Part shown: positions 60,256-64,000 of the stretch, piece by piece
Layout: each line of letters opens with the position of its first letter
Numbering within the stretch: position 1 is the stretch's first letter
Assembly (NCBI GenBank): GCA_963796275.1
Contig: CAWCKY010000002.1
Location: 719,479-783,478 of the forward strand
DNA from: an uncultured Acidobacteriota bacterium
GTDB taxonomy: Bacteria; Acidobacteriota; Blastocatellia; RBC074
Reading direction: 5' to 3'
DNA: 64,000 nucleotides
Made by a program: the position numbers and the translations under genes
The notes under the pieces: model-generated
What the model was told of the DNA's origin: nothing
The model's input: only the letters and a program-made list of their open reading frames with translations
Database searches by the model: none

Positions 60256-60569
60256 TTGTTTATTTCCCTTCGTTTATATCTGCTTAATGATTGTGCTCAG
60301 CTACAATGACGATGCGCGAAAGGGAGGTCAGATGCGGCAAAGTGTTGGGCGTTGCGGCTTAAATAACTCCAAGCTGTCTCATAAACTTCAACATTTTCGT
60401 AGATTTGGAATCATTATTCAACTTCCCAATTCAACTTATCACCTGACTTTGGAAGGACAAGTAACCTTCGTTGCTGACTCCCTTCTTGTGATGTATCCTG
60501 AAGTTAAAGAGACTGCGGTCAGAGATAAATTTGGCGAGTCAACAAAGCAATTTGTGGGAGGTGAGTGCA

Positions 60570-60914
60570 ATGTTGTTGGAAGACTACTTCGATTTCCTGT
60601 CCGAGAATGAAATCAGGCTCAAGGGCCATCGCATCGGCATTGAGGACATCCTGTATGAACATATCTATAATGAGTTGACGCCAGCGGAATTGGCCGAACG
60701 ATTTCCCACTCTGAGCGCAGAACAAATCTATGCTGCAATACTTTATTACCTGAACAACCGGGAACGAATGGACGCTTATCTGGCCAAATGGTTGGAACAC
60801 GGACGCCGAATGCGAGAAAAGCAGGCGCGCACCCCGACGCCAGCAATGCTTAAACTGCGCCGCATCAAAGCCGCACTCAAGGCCGCTGAACAAACCGAAA
60901 TGCAATCCGCATGA
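60570..60914 (+). CDS. DUF433 antitoxin
   Basis: IRLKGHRIGIEDIL...LAERFPTLSAEQIYAAILYY. Confidence 0.88.
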   Translation: MLLEDYFDFLSENEIRLKGHRIGIEDILYEHIYNELTPAELAERFPTLSAEQIYAAILYYLNNRERMDAYLAKWLEHGRRMREKQARTPTPAMLKLRRIKAALKAAEQTEMQSA

Positions 60915-61279
60915 GCGAGATTAAGTACTTGTTGGACGAGCACGTTAATCCTCGCCTGCGCAAGGCGCTCAAGCAGTTAGCGCCCGACATCGTCGTGTGG
61001 CGCGTCGGTGATCCGATCACTCCCCCATTGAGCACACCCGACCAGGAGATTCTGCTTTGGTGTGAGGAACGCGGTTTCTCGCTCGTGACTAATAACCGTG
61101 AATCAATGCCAGTACATTTGCGAGAGCATCTGGATGCCGGTCGGCACGTACCGGGCATCTTCACTTTGTACCCAAATATGACCCTAGGTGAAACAGCAGA
61201 TGAACTGGTCTTGATTTGGGGCGCGTCTGAAGCCGAAGAATACATAGATCAACTGAGCTACCTACCACTCAGCTCCTAA
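60911..61279 (+). CDS. DUF5615 PIN-like toxin
   Basis: YLLDEHV, TPDQEIL, LVTNN, H.PGI; ATGA overlap with DUF433. Confidence 0.85.
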   Translation: MSEIKYLLDEHVNPRLRKALKQLAPDIVVWRVGDPITPPLSTPDQEILLWCEERGFSLVTNNRESMPVHLREHLDAGRHVPGIFTLYPNMTLGETADELVLIWGASEAEEYIDQLSYLPLSS

Positions 61280-61715
61280 CCATCATCCAGAGCAAACGCA
61301 TTCTAGCCGGAAGCACCTCATCCAAGAATACGCGTGCTACAGTTTGTTCTCATATCCAACACGACAAGCCGCCCACACTCGCAGCCATCAGTTCTTTCTA
61401 TCTCTATCCTGACGCCTGTACTCAACTGCAATTGTGCGCATCTTTACCGGACATCCGTAGTCAGTCTGTGTCCATCCGTGCTCTTCAGAGTAGAAATAGT
61501 AATGGCGGGCGCTTTCGCTCCCGCCGATTCAGCAGCGTCCTCAGCCATTAGGGTATACCGCTGCCAGTTGATTGAATTATACCTCAATCCGATTTAGGCG
61601 GCTACTTTTGTTTTAAACGATGAAAGCAAGGGCGCCAGTCCTGAGCCAGTTGCTAAACTGCGCGCTCAGCGCGTCCGGGTCTCGGCCGAATCAGCCTCCA
61701 ATCGTAAAAGCATAA

Positions 61716-62850
61716 TCAAAACGTGAGTTTCAAACCGAATTGAATCTGTCGCGGATTAACGCTGCTAAGATTGTTGGTGATCTCTCCGAAACGCGCGTTC
61801 GTCAGGTTGTTGATCGGCGCGCCGAAATTCGCGCGATTGAAAATGTTGAAGAAGTTCGCTTCAAAACCCACCTTGTACCGTTCCTTGATAACGAAGCGTT
61901 TGAGGAGCGAGAGGTCGTAAAACATGATGCGTGGCGCACGGAGCGCATTGCGGGCGATCATCGCTTTCGGATCGACCGTGGCCGGCGTTGCCAGCCGCGT
62001 GAGAGCTTCCGCCTGCGTGATCAGATATTGCATACGATCGCCTTTGCCACGACGGTACAGGTCATTCAAACTATCACCGATCAAAGCCGGACGATCCAAT
62101 GTGGCGTCGCCATCATCGTTGAAATCGATGCCGCTCACAACGTTGACCGGTTCACCCGAACGCAACACCGCTAACCCATTTAATGACCAGTCGCCCAGCA
62201 AGGCGTTCACCGCGCCTTTGGCATTGCCGAGCAAGGCGCGCCCACGCCCTACTGGCAATTCCAGTACATGTGCGATTGTCAGGTTGTGACGCACATCGAA
62301 CTCTGACAGCCCCCAATCGGCGCGCGGGTCGCGCGGGATGAAATTCCCTCCGGCGCCCTGCACTCCCCCCTGCGCCGGATTCGCTCCGGAATTGAGAAAA
62401 GTTGGGAAGGACGTGAACGAATCGCGCGAGTTGTTGTCTTTTGATTCGCCGAGAGTGTAAGCGACTGTGAAATCTAAACCGCTCGCAAAGCGCCGTTTGG
62501 CAGTAAGTTGTAAGGCGCGATATCGCGATTCATTGAGATTATCGATCATCTGTTGCGTCGTGAAACGCGGATCAGGGCGCGCGGCGGTCGGGAATCCGCC
62601 AAAGCCGTTGGGTTGCGCCTGACTCCAGACGTTGTCGGCGCGCATGCCGACATAGGCAGCCGAGACGCTGCGTATCTCTGCCGAGCTGATGTTCGATCGT
62701 CACGTTCCACCGCTGCGTTCGTGGGTTTTCGATTTCGGGATTGATAATGGTGATCGCGGGATTGGGCGCAGCCGTAATCGGCGCTGCCTGACTGAGCCGA
62801 AACGGCACGTTGGCTGTCGCGCTCGAAATCGCGTAAGGCATTGTCCTTAA
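61716..62850 (-). pseudogene. 3' fragment of a second Oar-type TonB-dependent receptor
   Basis: NPRTQRWNVTIEHQL / SRYRALQL..KRRF, SEFDVRH, FNIFNRANF, RQIQFGLKLTF; 5' two-thirds missing, frameshifted. Confidence 0.82.
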
Positions 62851-62985
62851 TCCGTACCATAAAGCTGTTGTCGATTTAACGGAGGGAATCTGCAAGGATG
62901 CGTTAGAGCCATGGCTCGGGAGCCCTTTCCACCACCGTGAAGGGTGGGATAATGCACTGCCGTCGAGAAGCTAAAAGGGGGAGAG

Positions 62986-63880
62986 ATGAATAATCAATGG
63001 TCGAGGCGCTGGCTCGGTCCTGTAACGCTGAGAGAATTGGCCGCGAAGACGTGGAATGAGACAAACGAAGACAACGTCTTTGGCCGCGCCGCTGAACTCG
63101 CTTTTTATTTCTTGCTTGCACTTTTCCCTATGCTTATCTTCCTGACCAGCCTCGTCGGCTTTCTGCCCGGCGTGAGAGAAGCAATTTTCACAGCTCTTGC
63201 CAAATTCGTTCCTGGCGAGGCAATGAGGCTTGTGAGTGAGACCATTTATGACGTGACGCGTAACCGAAGCGGCGGTTTGCTTTCATTCGGCGTACTAGGC
63301 GCGCTGTGGGCAGCATCAGGCGGTGTGTCGGCGGTGATGGGCACGCTCAACGTAGCTTACGACGCAAAGGAGGAGAGGCCATTCTGGAAGACTCGACTGA
63401 TCGCCATCGGTCTCACCATTCTACTCGCGTTGCTGATTGTTGGTGGGACAACTTTGATCATGTTCCGGCGACCGCTTCGCTTCCTGGGGCGCCGCGAAGC
63501 TCGGAATGGGAATGATATTCGACGTCATCTGGAGCGTCGTCCATTATCTGTTGGGCGTGACGCTGCTCTTTTTGGGTTTGGAGCTGATCTACTACTTGGG
63601 GCCGAACGTCAAACAGGATTGGAAGTGGATCACACCGGGCGCAGCCTTCGCCGTTGTCAGCCTGCTTGTCGCCTCGCTGCTCTTCTCGCTCTACTTGCGG
63701 TTCGCGCCCAGCTATAGCGCCACATATGGTAGTATCGGCGCAGTCGTTATCTTGATGTTATGGCTGTATTTGATGGGCTCGGTCATTCTTATCGGCGGTG
63801 AGATCAACGCCGAGATCGCGCACTCCGCGGACAAACCCATAATTCCCAAAGAGTCCTCCGAGCAACCGCATGCTGCCTGA
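62986..63880 (+). CDS. yihY: YihY/BrkB family membrane protein, frameshift ~63465
   Basis: AAELAFYFLLALFP, ALWAAS, LNVAYD..E.RPFWK, YSATYGSIGAVVILMLWLY, GGEINA. Confidence 0.9.
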
Positions 63881-64000
63881 AGGAATGTCCCGGCAATCAT
63901 AAGCTTATTTCAGCTTATTTCCCGAAAAGTTTGACACCCAGCAGTCCCAGCACTTGCGTTCCTAACATCATTGTCACGGCGGCTGTCACCAAGGCAAATG

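Noticed and set aside
28795-63880. Programmed ribosomal frameshifting to explain the split genes
   Set aside because: No consistent slippery sites, and these families are not known to be recoded; decay or sequencing indels are simpler explanations

Overview
Bacterial chromosomal accessory region. Gene content (Oar-type TonB receptors, a Ser/Thr kinase-TolB-TPR protein, a stand-alone OmpR-type wHTH) suggests Acidobacteriota, probably Blastocatellia; this is inference. From left to right: (1) 0.3-13.5 kb: remnant of a mobile element with ssb, hypothetical genes, decayed response regulators, HigBA, an RRM gene, an intact four-gene operon of unknown function (MGS/GgS-like glycosyltransferase, HprK-like P-loop kinase, CofE-like ligase, archaeal-type SAM synthetase) and a stand-alone PglW C-terminal-like domain. 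(2) 13.7-14.9 kb: fluoride riboswitch, crcB and DUF190. (3) 15-27 kb: arsenic island with three ArsR paralogs, ArsI, ArsN2, a secreted LMW-PTP/ArsC-like protein, SigZ, a cupin, a TonB receptor, a TPR protein and an aquaglyceroporin. These are tied together by six copies of a 20-bp operator-like palindrome and two Pho-box-like repeats. (4) 27-35.7 kb: heavily frameshifted cytochrome bc/aa3 cluster whose oxidase core is missing at an arsR::coxIII junction. (5) 37-42 kb: Mla/Mce lipid ABC cassette plus a secreted kinase-like protein, bracketed by a 33-bp direct repeat. (6) 42-64 kb: Ser/Thr kinase, a hydrolase/oxidoreductase cluster, P-type ATPase, TetR/NmrA pair, pit, Omp85 barrel, DUF433/DUF5615 toxin-antitoxin pair, yihY, and many short fragments (group II intron RT and RNA, IS3, TIR, LysR, BKACE). 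No rRNA, tRNA or CRISPR array was seen. All family assignments come from motif recognition by eye, not database searches.
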